Below, piece by piece: positions 17,082 through 26,200 of a stretch of DNA of 30,658 nt. The position numbers and the translations under genes were made by a program. This DNA comes from a virus (Duplodnaviria; Caudoviricetes). The notes below the pieces were generated by a model. That model searched no databases. It saw nothing but the letters and a program-made list of their open reading frames with translations, and had not been told where the DNA came from. The stretch covers positions 1-30,658 of the IMG/VR virus record IMGVR_UViG_3300030372_004647; one strand, written 5' to 3'. The stretch's first letter is position 1; each line of letters starts with the position of its first letter.

Positions 17082-17938
17082 TGGGCAATGCGAAATTTTG
17101 GTTTTATCCAGAGCCGGACGGGCGACACCTCGTCGAGATCGATATGGGCGAGGCGCTTGGTGAGTTATCAAGTACGTTTTTTCATGATGCAATCGACGGC
17201 ATAACCTACAGCGGCGGAATCTCGCGTAGTGTTGGCAGAGGTGGCGAGATTGTAACGATTCAGCGGGATCGGATGCAGCTAGGCGAAGGTCTCGCCCAGA
17301 AATTTGACGCCCTACAAAACCACCTCGATCGGGGTTATAGCGTAGCATTTACGAGCGACAGCGCGAAGGCTTGGGCGGCATCCTGTCAGACATCGCCGGC
17401 AGGTGGATCTTTTAATTTGCTACTCAAAAACAACCCTTTTGAGGCGCTTACAGGCACAACCACGATCCCGACCGCAAACGAATATGTGGTATTGGAGACC
17501 GGATCGCCCGCATACACCAGAGAGACAATTGAAACCTCTTCGGTATCTCTTACAAGCGCATCCGGTGGCACCATAACCGCACAAAATCGAATCAATTTTG
17601 ACTATAACGGGCGCAAGGTTTTTGCGCGCTGGTATCGATTTTGGCCGATCCTCAAGAGGGCGCAGGGCGATGTCGGCCGCGCCATTATCACCAATGAGGG
17701 CGGCCGCTTGTGGTCTCTAAATGTAACGCTGGTGCCCGACTATCAGGCGCTCTTTGCTTTTTACAATGGCGATTTTTATCAACATACAAACACCGGACTA
17801 TCAACGGCGCCGCCAGCAAGTGGCGATTTGCCGAGTAGTGCAGGTCAAAACAGCCTTGACGGCGCTGCGGTTGCATACTCTAAGGCCGAGAGGCTTGAGG
17901 AAAACCTCTTCGGCTCGACGTTCGCGAGTAAAAGCTAA
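17078..17938 (+). CDS. Putative distal tail protein
   Basis: Immediately after the tape measure; synteny only. Confidence 0.55.
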   Translation: MMGNAKFWFYPEPDGRHLVEIDMGEALGELSSTFFHDAIDGITYSGGISRSVGRGGEIVTIQRDRMQLGEGLAQKFDALQNHLDRGYSVAFTSDSAKAWAASCQTSPAGGSFNLLLKNNPFEALTGTTTIPTANEYVVLETGSPAYTRETIETSSVSLTSASGGTITAQNRINFDYNGRKVFARWYRFWPILKRAQGDVGRAIITNEGGRLWSLNVTLVPDYQALFAFYNGDFYQHTNTGLSTAPPASGDLPSSAGQNSLDGAAVAYSKAERLEENLFGSTFASKS

Positions 17939-19485
17939 TGTCTTGGTCTGCCGATTTTGTCGCCGCGCTCTCTGCGCCATCCATCACGCCGCGCTATCGG
18001 GTGCGGTTTTGGAAGCCTTCGGCGAATTCGGTTGGTGAGGATGTCACGATCTACAGCGAGAGCGGAGCATTGCGCATTGGTGCGGCCGGTGTGCGCATTC
18101 GCGGCACCGCCGTTATTCCGTCGCGCTGGTCGGTCTCGTTTGGTGGTTTCGACATGGAGTTGGTCGGTGATTTACGGCCGTATAAAGATCAGATCCAAAA
18201 AGGATCGCTTGCAATTGTCGAGTGTGCATTTATCGGTCTTGCATCATGGCAAATAATAGGCCTAGGTCAGCTCAATCAAATATCCGGTTTTCGTGGCGTG
18301 TATCGCGCCACCTTTAAAGACATCTTAAGCGCACTTCAGAGCCGGATCGATACAAGATACTCAAGCACATACGCATACAATAAGCTATTTTTTACGGCGG
18401 GTCTAACCGTGCGCGCCTCGGCGCCTTGGACGACCGGCACAACAACATTAAACGTTTCAAATGCATCTATTTTTGAAAAAATGACCGGATCGGATGGTGT
18501 GATTTATTGCGTACCTGCGAGCGGGGATCCTCCTTTTTATATGCGGTGGTCTGCATCCGATACGAGCGCCAACACACTCACATTGACAACCGGATCGGCG
18601 TCGCATCCATCAACCGCGAGCGCCTCAAATCTCGCGACGGATGATCTGATTTATAACTGCGTGCGAATTACCGGTACACCCTACAGTTTTTTAGCCAAGA
18701 TTGTAACCTCAACAGGTACGGGCACAAACGGGGCATATGACAAAATGCCGGCTAATTGGAGCACGGGCGCACCGATTCCGGCGGCGATGTATGATCAAAG
18801 CGATGCGCAGGCAACAAGCGCCTATTTAAAGCCATCATCAGGCACGTTTTACAATTGGGACTACGTAACAAAAGAGCCGCTATCGAACGGGATACGCAGC
18901 GTGCTTAATACGCTCGCAAACGTTGGTCAATGGCCGGTCTTCCGTCAAGATTCGTTTTCTTGGCGCGGATGCACCGATCCGACAGGTCAATTTGATAATG
19001 TGCCGCCAATTGTCGCGACAATAAGAGATCGTGATATCATAGAGATCGAATCACACATTATGCATGATCCATCACTGTCGGCCGTTTATGCAAGCACAAA
19101 GCTTATCTACGATGTAGCCGGCAACGCAGAGAGCAGCACGCAAAGCGCGGTGCCCACATTGCCTAGTCAGGGCCAAGTCTCGCGAGATATGGGTGCAATC
19201 TATGACGCGGGCGGCGATGAGGAGAAAATGGCAGAGGGTGACATAAACAGGCTAAAGATCTGGGATCTTTATCATTGGAGCCGGCTAACTCTGCGGGTGT
19301 CGCTAAAATATGCGGTACTCGTTGCGGGTGATGTGGTGCGCATTTCGTCGGATTATCTGTATGATCTGAGCACCGCAGCGGGGCGCACATACTCCAACCG
19401 AACAGGCATGATCGTATCAACAGAGTACAACATAAGCGGCCGTTTTTGTGTTATAGTTATTGCGATCCCGCCCCTGATTTCCTGA
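17938..19485 (+). CDS. Putative tail tip / hub protein
   Basis: 515 aa, Thr/Ser/Gly-rich; C-terminal LVAGDVVRI OB-like motif; synteny. Confidence 0.6.
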   Translation: MSWSADFVAALSAPSITPRYRVRFWKPSANSVGEDVTIYSESGALRIGAAGVRIRGTAVIPSRWSVSFGGFDMELVGDLRPYKDQIQKGSLAIVECAFIGLASWQIIGLGQLNQISGFRGVYRATFKDILSALQSRIDTRYSSTYAYNKLFFTAGLTVRASAPWTTGTTTLNVSNASIFEKMTGSDGVIYCVPASGDPPFYMRWSASDTSANTLTLTTGSASHPSTASASNLATDDLIYNCVRITGTPYSFLAKIVTSTGTGTNGAYDKMPANWSTGAPIPAAMYDQSDAQATSAYLKPSSGTFYNWDYVTKEPLSNGIRSVLNTLANVGQWPVFRQDSFSWRGCTDPTGQFDNVPPIVATIRDRDIIEIESHIMHDPSLSAVYASTKLIYDVAGNAESSTQSAVPTLPSQGQVSRDMGAIYDAGGDEEKMAEGDINRLKIWDLYHWSRLTLRVSLKYAVLVAGDVVRISSDYLYDLSTAAGRTYSNRTGMIVSTEYNISGRFCVIVIAIPPLIS

Positions 19486-19492
19486 GGTAATT

Positions 19493-20113
19493 ATGGAGAT
19501 ACGCACCTATGATCTGGGAGATTTGCCGCCGCTTTTAAGGCGCTGCATGAATCTCGGATATGCTATTTTTACAGATTATAACTACGATCTCAACCTTATT
19601 GCATGCCGCTCACCGTCGAGAGTCAGCGGTCTTTTTGATGATGTGTTTCACGTCATTTATCGCATGGGCGATCGCTACATTCAAGAGTCCTATCCATGCA
19701 CGACGGATGCGGGGCTATATTGGATGCATAACCCGTCAAGAGTGGAGGGTACAGCGATCCTTGTTGCGGGTCAATATCGCAACGTTTGGAAGCTAGATAT
19801 GCATGCCGGCCGATATCTAGCCCTGTGTCAGCGTAACGGCGCCGTCTCTGTGTACAGAGACAACAATAGAGATGATATTTTAGATCATGACCCAAACACA
19901 ATACAGGTTGGTACAAATTTCGGTATTAATATACATCGCGCTAGCATGTATAGCACATCTAAGGACGGGCTGACAGAGCATGTCGGGCGGTATTCGGCGG
20001 GCTGCATTGTAATTCAAGACAGCGGGGATTTCGATCGCCTGATTGCACTAGCTAAAAAACAGCGCGACACACTGGGCTATCATACATTCTCTCTGGCACT
20101 CTTGGAGGTGTAA
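19493..20113 (+). CDS. Putative endolysin with YkuD/L,D-transpeptidase-like catalytic motif
   Basis: FGINIHRA-x14-YSAGCIV (His...S-x-G-C); lysis-module position. Confidence 0.65.
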   Translation: MEIRTYDLGDLPPLLRRCMNLGYAIFTDYNYDLNLIACRSPSRVSGLFDDVFHVIYRMGDRYIQESYPCTTDAGLYWMHNPSRVEGTAILVAGQYRNVWKLDMHAGRYLALCQRNGAVSVYRDNNRDDILDHDPNTIQVGTNFGINIHRASMYSTSKDGLTEHVGRYSAGCIVIQDSGDFDRLIALAKKQRDTLGYHTFSLALLEV

Positions 20114-20115
20114 AA

Positions 20116-20472
20116 ATGGAAGCATCAACAGTGCATGAGATCGCCCTAAATCTTGCAACAAACTCGCCTTTTGTCGGTTTTCTTGTCTGGAATTGGTGGT
20201 ATAATACGCGGCAATTAGAACAATATCGTCTTGAAATGAAAGCTGATCGCGACGAATACGAGCGCAAAAGAGAGGACGGGATCGAAAAAATTCGCATACG
20301 CTACGTTAAGGTAATTGAAGAGTTAAAATCTGACAAAAAAGGCGGCATCGAGGATCGGCTGTCCAGTATGGAAAAATCTATTAAAAAGCTCTTTGTGATG
20401 ATCGACAAATTCAAAGACGAGATTAACGAGCTAAAAATCAAAGAAACCGCGCGCGATCTACGGGATAGGTGA
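20116..20472 (+). CDS. Putative holin-like membrane / coiled-coil protein
   Basis: GGAGGTG RBS; short hydrophobic segment PFVGFLVWNWWY then coiled coil; adjacent to the lysin. Confidence 0.5.
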   Translation: MEASTVHEIALNLATNSPFVGFLVWNWWYNTRQLEQYRLEMKADRDEYERKREDGIEKIRIRYVKVIEELKSDKKGGIEDRLSSMEKSIKKLFVMIDKFKDEINELKIKETARDLRDR

Positions 20473-20526
20473 TACATTAATTGAGCGGGGCACATCAACC
20501 CGTGTGAGATTTTTCTGGTAGAGTTT

Positions 20527-20559
20527 GGCCGCCTCTTTTTGGGGCGGCCTTTTCGTTTT
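20527..20559 (+). terminator. Terminator ending the late operon
   Basis: GGCCGCCTC-ttttt-GGGGCGGCC-TTTTCGTTTT. Confidence 0.8.
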
Positions 20560-20565
20560 CTGCTC

Positions 20566-20597
20566 AATAAAAAACCCCGTCATAATAATGACGGGGT
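20566..20597 (-). terminator. Terminator ending the minus-strand fibre operon
   Basis: ACCCCGTCAT-aata-ATGACGGGGT preceded by an A-run on the + strand. Confidence 0.85.
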
Positions 20598-20633
20598 CAA
20601 AAACTTAAGGAGCAGTTTTTTGTCAGATAAGAC

Positions 20634-22157
20634 CTAGGTGAAGTAACGCACAATCAATGCATCGCCCTGCACTGCATTCGCTCCCAGTGTAATACGACCG
20701 ACAGAGCCCGCGCCATTATTAGCGACCTCATACTCTGTGTTGTCGCTTGGAGAGCCTGCACCAAGAGCGGTGTTATTGTTGATCGCAAGACCATTCACAA
20801 CAACCTGTACAGAGGTAAAAAAGTTTGTATCAAGCGCACGCGCAAGATCGATCGTCGAGGTCGTACCGTTCGCAATTTGAAATCCTTCCTGATAAAATCG
20901 GGCACCGATTTTGCTGGATACGATCGCATTTGCCGCGACTTTCGCAGACTCAACGGATGCGCTTTGGAGCATTGCCGCCGCGATTCCGTTTGCTTTGATG
21001 TTGAGGCCAGATCCACCGACTTCGATAGAGGAGTCATCAACGTCTACACTCAACGCAGCACCACCGCCACCATTAAGACCGGATCCGGCCACGCTGGTCG
21101 CAATTTTACCCTCATCAACGCTGTTTGCTGCTAATTTGGAAAGAGAAACCGCACCTGTACCGATTTTAGCCTCTACGATCGCATTTGCTGCGATGGCGCT
21201 GGAATCGACGACACCGGCCGCGAATTTGTTGCTGTTATCAACACTTCCGGCTGCAATCGCTGCGGACGTTACCGCATTTGCACCGATCTCGGATGCGGTG
21301 ATCGTGCCAACCTTCAGGCCGTTCGAATCAAGAGCAAGCGTCGATCCGTTGATCTTTGCGAGTACCGCGCCGCCTGATAATTGCAGACCGTTACCGACGT
21401 TTAATTCGAGCTCGCCGGAGGTGATCTGCATACCGCTGTTTGTGCTCAAATCAACGGAAAGCGTGTTCCCTGACTTCTGAAGACCGTCACCGGCGGTGAT
21501 TTGACCGAGGCCGGTGAACTGTGTCCAAGACTGATTACTGTTGAGGTCCGATAAAAGAGCGGTCTGCGTATATCCCATATCCGCATTAACTGATCCTTGT
21601 TGTACAAATATCGCCGCAGAGTTTAGCTTGTCCGCGCTGTCTGCATCGTCGGCACGTGTCATTGCAGATCCGGCGCTGGACCAAATATAAATCCCCGATT
21701 GTGATGCGGTTGTCTGGTTTTTGAGGAGGACTCTATCGTCCGCGCTTAAGCTTATGCCGTCTATGCTCGCGGGTGCGCTTGAGATGTCTACGTTTGCCGT
21801 AGATGCGCATTTAGCCGCTTTCTTCCAATGCAAGCCCTCTGAGGATGCATCGACATAGGCTTTTGTGGCTACGTCACTATCTGCGGACGGAGAAGCCGAT
21901 CGAAGCGTACCGCTGGAAAAATCGAACGATCCGGTCAGGTTGATCTTTGCTGCGGTTACGACGCTATTGCCAAGATAAGCTGTATCGTCGATAGCGCCAT
22001 TTGCAATTTTTGCACTGGTGACACAATCGGCCGCCAGCGCCGCCGCAACGACGACCGAATTGGCGAAGAGGTTTGAGTTGTCAATTGAGCCGGTCGCAAG
22101 CTGCGTACCGGTGATAGTGGCGGATTTAATCTGACCGCCTCTGATTTGTATGGCCAT
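20634..22157 (-). CDS. Fibre-like structural protein (507 aa)
   Basis: VTSAKIA-type pentapeptide repeats, ATKAYVD, DRVLLKNQT..SGIY, ITAGDGL repeats; AGGAG RBS. Confidence 0.75.
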   Translation of the reverse strand: MAIQIRGGQIKSATITGTQLATGSIDNSNLFANSVVVAAALAADCVTSAKIANGAIDDTAYLGNSVVTAAKINLTGSFDFSSGTLRSASPSADSDVATKAYVDASSEGLHWKKAAKCASTANVDISSAPASIDGISLSADDRVLLKNQTTASQSGIYIWSSAGSAMTRADDADSADKLNSAAIFVQQGSVNADMGYTQTALLSDLNSNQSWTQFTGLGQITAGDGLQKSGNTLSVDLSTNSGMQITSGELELNVGNGLQLSGGAVLAKINGSTLALDSNGLKVGTITASEIGANAVTSAAIAAGSVDNSNKFAAGVVDSSAIAANAIVEAKIGTGAVSLSKLAANSVDEGKIATSVAGSGLNGGGGAALSVDVDDSSIEVGGSGLNIKANGIAAAMLQSASVESAKVAANAIVSSKIGARFYQEGFQIANGTTSTIDLARALDTNFFTSVQVVVNGLAINNNTALGAGSPSDNTEYEVANNGAGSVGRITLGANAVQGDALIVRYFT

Positions 22158-22168
22158 GTTATAGGCTC

Positions 22169-22447
22169 CTATGTTTGGGGTAGCTCGTATCTCACTTCGA
22201 GAATGTCGCCGTTTAAGGGCGCCTCTGGAAGTGTAAAACCGTTAAGTCCCACTTGGCCGATTGTGCTCTGTCGTTGTTTTAGTCCGTTGAGGTATACGGC
22301 GAGGCTATTGCCCTCGTAATTGTTTGACGTTGCAAACTGCGTGCGGTCGCCATTTACCGAGGATGTGAGATCCTCAAAGACAATGGTCACCGTATCACTA
22401 TCGCTACCGGTGCCGCCGGAATCGTTAAACGCGTTTGCTATTGCCAC
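22169..22447 (-). CDS. Small protein paralogous to the fibre C-terminal domain
   Basis: VYLNGLKQ...GDILEVRY versus VVVNGLAI...GDALIVRY; GAGGG RBS + GTG. Confidence 0.7.
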   Translation of the reverse strand: MAIANAFNDSGGTGSDSDTVTIVFEDLTSSVNGDRTQFATSNNYEGNSLAVYLNGLKQRQSTIGQVGLNGFTLPEAPLNGDILEVRYELPQT

Positions 22448-22455
22448 AAAACCCT

Positions 22456-22854
22456 CTAGTATTGGAAGGTCAAGCCCGCCGATACTATGTCAATCGTACC
22501 CGCATTTGTCTTGCAATGCAAGTACAAAATCTTATCATTTACGTCGCGCAAAACCACATCTAAGCGTATCAGCGCGGAGCCTTTGCTATCGGTTGAAAGT
22601 CCGGTTTGTATGGTGGTTTCTGTGGCGGTTAAAATAAAATCGTCGCCAAGCGGATCGCGTGATAAGCAGCATGTTATTTTTGTTGCTCCGCTCACATTTT
22701 GCATCTGTACCTCTAGCATTGACGCCCAGATATTAATCTGAGCACGCGCAAAAAGATCCATCTCAAGCGGTATCTTTTTTGCAAGATCATATCCGGTATT
22801 GATGCCGGTAGCGGTTGCGGTGCTACTGAGTACGGATAAATTTAGATTAGACAT
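22456..22854 (-). CDS. Hypothetical beta-rich protein (132 aa)
   Basis: ATG 22854 overlaps the exonuclease end; GGTG RBS. Confidence 0.65.
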   Translation of the reverse strand: MSNLNLSVLSSTATATGINTGYDLAKKIPLEMDLFARAQINIWASMLEVQMQNVSGATKITCCLSRDPLGDDFILTATETTIQTGLSTDSKGSALIRLDVVLRDVNDKILYLHCKTNAGTIDIVSAGLTFQY

Positions 22855-23479
22855 GATAGCACCAAAAAGCCAAGAGGTACCCCAAGATCGCACGGTAGGG
22901 ATTGAGTACGCCCCGTATTTTAGCATATAACACAATCGATCGGATCTTGATCGCGGTTTTGATGTTCATTGGATAGAGGAGCCGGAAAAGCACGCAACAC
23001 ATAACCGCATCCGCTTCGGCGCGGTGTTTTTGTCGAGGCCAGCCGAGGAGGCCGCCGATCGATTCGAGCGAAAAACTCTTGATACCATACGGAGCAAACG
23101 CCGCAATTGATAGCGCAATAGTGTCGATGCCTCTGCGGATTATTCGCAGGTCTTGACGATTTGCAGCGCGGAAGAGAGCCAATATAAAACCCCTATCAAA
23201 TGCCCAGTTATGGGCAACCGGCGTACAGTCGCGCATAAACGCCGCAATCAATGGCGCCGCATCCTCGATATCCATTGCATCCGCCCAGCGCGCCGGCGAG
23301 TATCCGTTGATTTTAAGCGCCTCTGAATCCGCTCTTTCTGGGTGCAGTGGACGAATTTTGACGACAAGACGATCGATTTCGCGCAGTTCTCTATTGAGTT
23401 TGATGCCGCAAAATGACACGATCTCATGGTGATATGCGCGTAAACCGGTCGTTTCGGTGTCTAAAACGACGAATTTCAT
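22847..23479 (-). CDS. DEDDh 3'-5' exonuclease (DnaQ / epsilon-like)
   Basis: VVLDTETTG (ExoI), VAHNWAFD (ExoII), HRAEADA (ExoIII). Confidence 0.93.
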   Translation of the reverse strand: MKFVVLDTETTGLRAYHHEIVSFCGIKLNRELREIDRLVVKIRPLHPERADSEALKINGYSPARWADAMDIEDAAPLIAAFMRDCTPVAHNWAFDRGFILALFRAANRQDLRIIRRGIDTIALSIAAFAPYGIKSFSLESIGGLLGWPRQKHRAEADAVMCCVLFRLLYPMNIKTAIKIRSIVLYAKIRGVLNPYRAILGYLLAFWCYHV

Positions 23480-23508
23480 AAAAATGCTCCTTTTTATTAA
23501 AAAATAAT

Positions 23509-23593
23509 TTGCAATATCATTTTATGCAAAGTACTATAGTTATATCAAGTTATTAACTTGATAAGACAACAACAAAACAAAGGAGCATAAACA
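23509..23593 (+). promoter_or_regulatory. Rep promoter, 21-bp palindromic operator and CAA leader
   Basis: TTGCAA(23509)-17 bp-TACTAT(23532); TATCAAGTTA-T-TAACTTGATA at 23543-23563; exact leader at 23566-23584. Confidence 0.8.
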
Positions 23594-24775
23594 ATGAACA
23601 ACAAAACAAAACCATTTACACAAGTCACCCTCGAAGATCTCGCCGGTCTTCGAGGGCTTGGCGCCTCTTCCATCTTGGTATATATGGCGCTTCGTATTTA
23701 CGGCGGAAAAGACAGCACCGCATGGCCGTCACAAGACCGCATCGCCTCCGATCTCGGCATGCCAATCGGATCTGTTCGTCGCGCCATGGCTCAACTCAGA
23801 AAGCAAGAAGCCATTGTCAAAACCAGTGCAAAAACAAAAAGCTCGACATATCATATTCGCGATATGAGTATCGCAGATATGCAATGTCAGGAAAAACCGG
23901 AGGATCGCGGATCCGAGATGTCAGTATCGCAGATACGAGATCCCAGTATCGCAGATATGATATCCGAGGATCGCACATCTGAGATCCAAATATATAAAGA
24001 ATATATAAAAGAAAATATACATACAATACATAAAATAAACTCCACTAAAGAAGATCTGATAATTGAGACAGAAGAGATCGAAGAATCGGAAGAGGAGGAG
24101 ATTAAGATCGAATATCCAAATCTCATTTCTTTCGAAGAGATCCAAAGAATGAGGGGTTCTTTTGGTGCTAAAAAAGGGGACTCTACCGAGTCAGCATTAG
24201 ACGAACTTGATCTCTTATTTGTAAAATTGTGGGAGCGTCACAGCGTGACGCAGGGCTGGGTTTCTGAGCGGTCACCAGTTGAGGATTTTCAAAAGATACG
24301 ACAAGGCCTTGGTCGTACCCAGATAATCAAGGGCATCAAAGAGCTTGATGTTTATATCGATGGATTGACGGCGATTAGCGATAAATGGGCAGGTCTTCGC
24401 TGGTTTGATGGTCTGCGCTCATGGCTGCAGAAGCGGCCGGACACATGGACCGCGAGAGATGCGGCGAAGTTGTCCAGATGTATACATGTCACGCCGGAGG
24501 AGGTGCAGAGTCATAACCGAAAAATACAGAGCGCCAAAATTGAGAAGCAAGAAGAGGCCGCGCGCGGCATGTCTGGCAGTCGACCCCGTGACATGTGGGC
24601 GTCGTTTGTGTCAAAACATCCAGATCGGGAGTCAAGAGTGCAGGCCATCCAAGACGCGCGCGTCTTTGCGGATTTTGAGCTATGCGAGCAAATCAAAGCA
24701 GATCCTGATCTGGATGACTTTGCCTTGATTGTGAGCACGCATCTTGATCTTGCATCGCTGAACATTATTAAATAA
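23594..24775 (+). CDS. Replication initiator with N-terminal HTH (lambda O-like organisation)
   Basis: LVYMAL...AWPSQDRIASDLGM..GSVRRAMAQL (HTH_36-like); internal iterons. Confidence 0.8.
   Translation: MNNKTKPFTQVTLEDLAGLRGLGASSILVYMALRIYGGKDSTAWPSQDRIASDLGMPIGSVRRAMAQLRKQEAIVKTSAKTKSSTYHIRDMSIADMQCQEKPEDRGSEMSVSQIRDPSIADMISEDRTSEIQIYKEYIKENIHTIHKINSTKEDLIIETEEIEESEEEEIKIEYPNLISFEEIQRMRGSFGAKKGDSTESALDELDLLFVKLWERHSVTQGWVSERSPVEDFQKIRQGLGRTQIIKGIKELDVYIDGLTAISDKWAGLRWFDGLRSWLQKRPDTWTARDAAKLSRCIHVTPEEVQSHNRKIQSAKIEKQEEAARGMSGSRPRDMWASFVSKHPDRESRVQAIQDARVFADFELCEQIKADPDLDDFALIVSTHLDLASLNIIK
23867..24040 (+). repeat. Putative replication origin: 22-bp iterons + AT-rich tract
   Basis: Tandem units at 23901, 23923, 23945 and 23967 (AGKATCGCRSATMYGAKATSYV) plus one at 23867; AT-rich 23988-24040. 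Confidence 0.8.
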
Positions 24776-24798
24776 CCAACAACAAACGGAGCAAAACA

Positions 24799-25056
24799 AT
24801 GAGAGCGTACAAATTAGGCGATCGTGTCCTCGCAAAAACGGACATAATGCGGTGTAAAATACTGGGCACAGTGCGCAATATACACGAGGATAAGATTTTG
24901 GTGGTCTTCGATCATACGATTCGCGGACGCGGCGAGGCTTGGGTGTCTCGGTCACTGTGCTATCCCGCCAAAACCGAGGATCCGATCGAGGTCAAAAACC
25001 GCAAAATCAAAGAGCAGGCCAAAAAGGTTATAAATGGTTTGGAGGTGATCAAATGA
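24799..25056 (+). CDS. Hypothetical protein (SH3/KOW-like N-terminus)
   Basis: CCAACAACAAACGGAGCAAAACA-ATG; YKLGDRVLAK. Confidence 0.7.
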   Translation: MRAYKLGDRVLAKTDIMRCKILGTVRNIHEDKILVVFDHTIRGRGEAWVSRSLCYPAKTEDPIEVKNRKIKEQAKKVINGLEVIK

Positions 25057-25268
25057 AGAAAAACTACAAAAACCGCGCCATGCGATCCGCGCCTGTCGAT
25101 CGGTCTGTACCGCAGACCGGAGATCCAAAAGAGAAGATCAAAATCTATCTTTCTGGACCGCATCGAGAGCGCGCGGAAAAAATTGCAGCCAATATGCAGA
25201 TTTCGATCGAAGAGCTCATACAGCGTTATATCTCGCAGATGGTTGCAGATAATCGCTGGCCGCGCTAA
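25053..25268 (+). CDS. Ribbon-helix-helix DNA-binding protein
   Basis: GGAGGTG RBS; KIKIYLS...RAEKIAANMQISIEELIQRYI. Confidence 0.65.
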   Translation: MKKNYKNRAMRSAPVDRSVPQTGDPKEKIKIYLSGPHRERAEKIAANMQISIEELIQRYISQMVADNRWPR

Positions 25269-25317
25269 AATAGAAACGTAGTCCTTGTGAGTGATTGCGC
25301 TTTATTTGTTGTTTATG

Positions 25318-25361
25318 GGTCGCCGGTTCGTTCCTTTCTGGCGGCTCATTTTCGTTTTTTA
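25318..25361 (+). terminator. Probable terminator
   Basis: GGGTCGCCGG...CTGGCGGCTC stem followed by ATTTTCGTTTTTT. Confidence 0.5.
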
Positions 25362-25372
25362 TTAAATTCTTT

Positions 25373-25430
25373 TTGACAGTGGCGATATAGCAAGATATTA
25401 TAATAAAGAGACAACAACAAAGGAGCAATA
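25373..25430 (+). promoter_or_regulatory. Consensus sigma70 promoter + CAA leader
   Basis: TTGACA(25373)-17 bp-TATTAT(25396); operator half-site CAAGATA at 25391; ACAACAACAAAGGAGC at 25411. Confidence 0.8.
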
Positions 25431-25688
25431 ATGAAATTTTATGCACTCATACAAAAAGGATATACCGTACTCGATATAGGACAGACCGAACAAGAGGCTC
25501 TTGAGTACTCTATTTACCGAGCCAAAAGCGAAGAAGGCGAACTATTTTATAGTGACTCCTATGCCGGAGCGAACGACGGGGATCTCGTTTTGGTACAGTG
25601 TACCGAAGATCTGTATAATGCAGCAAAGGACGACGGCGATGTGCTTTATGATGTTAGCAGCAACGTGGCCGACATTTACAGAGATTAA
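25431..25688 (+). CDS. Hypothetical acidic cassette protein (85 aa)
   Basis: Own promoter and leader. Confidence 0.8.
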   Translation: MKFYALIQKGYTVLDIGQTEQEALEYSIYRAKSEEGELFYSDSYAGANDGDLVLVQCTEDLYNAAKDDGDVLYDVSSNVADIYRD

Positions 25689-25721
25689 CCAGCAAAACAG
25701 CAAAACAAAGGAGCGTAAGCG

Positions 25722-25946
25722 ATGAAGACAACTGTAATTATCACCGTCAAAAGTTCGGCCGGCCAGCACATCCGAGATACAAGAGAGGTTCGGCTGTCTG
25801 ATCTTGTCGATGCTCTGAACTCGTATCTTTCGCGCGGGTTTGAGCTTGTTGCAATCGAAGAGCTCGAAGGGTCCATCTTAGACTTTTATAGCAAGCGCCT
25901 GACCGATGACGATATTGACGCAATGGCGGCGGATATACCACAATGA
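25722..25946 (+). CDS. Hypothetical cassette protein (74 aa)
   Basis: CAGCAAAACAAAGGAGC leader. Confidence 0.75.
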   Translation: MKTTVIITVKSSAGQHIRDTREVRLSDLVDALNSYLSRGFELVAIEELEGSILDFYSKRLTDDDIDAMAADIPQ

Positions 25947-26200
25947 GAGGTCAAATAGACGCAATCTATAATCGGGTCAAAACGCCCGATACATATAAAG
26001 GGCAAGGCAACACCGTTATTGACGCCTCCTGTACGGTGCACGATGGTTTTGTCACCTTTGTCGGCCGCACAAACGGCTATCACTGCACAATCTACGCCGG
26101 CAAATTTACCGGCGCAAAATGTGAGTGCAAAGGGTTTAAGATTCGAAAGCGCTGTAAGCACCTCTTAGCGCTTGCGATGTGGGCCAGAGGTGAGCGGTGA
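25943..26200 (+). CDS. SWIM zinc-finger protein
   Basis: CECKGFKIRKRCKH (CxC-xn-CxH); ATGA overlap. Confidence 0.8.
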   Translation: MRGQIDAIYNRVKTPDTYKGQGNTVIDASCTVHDGFVTFVGRTNGYHCTIYAGKFTGAKCECKGFKIRKRCKHLLALAMWARGER

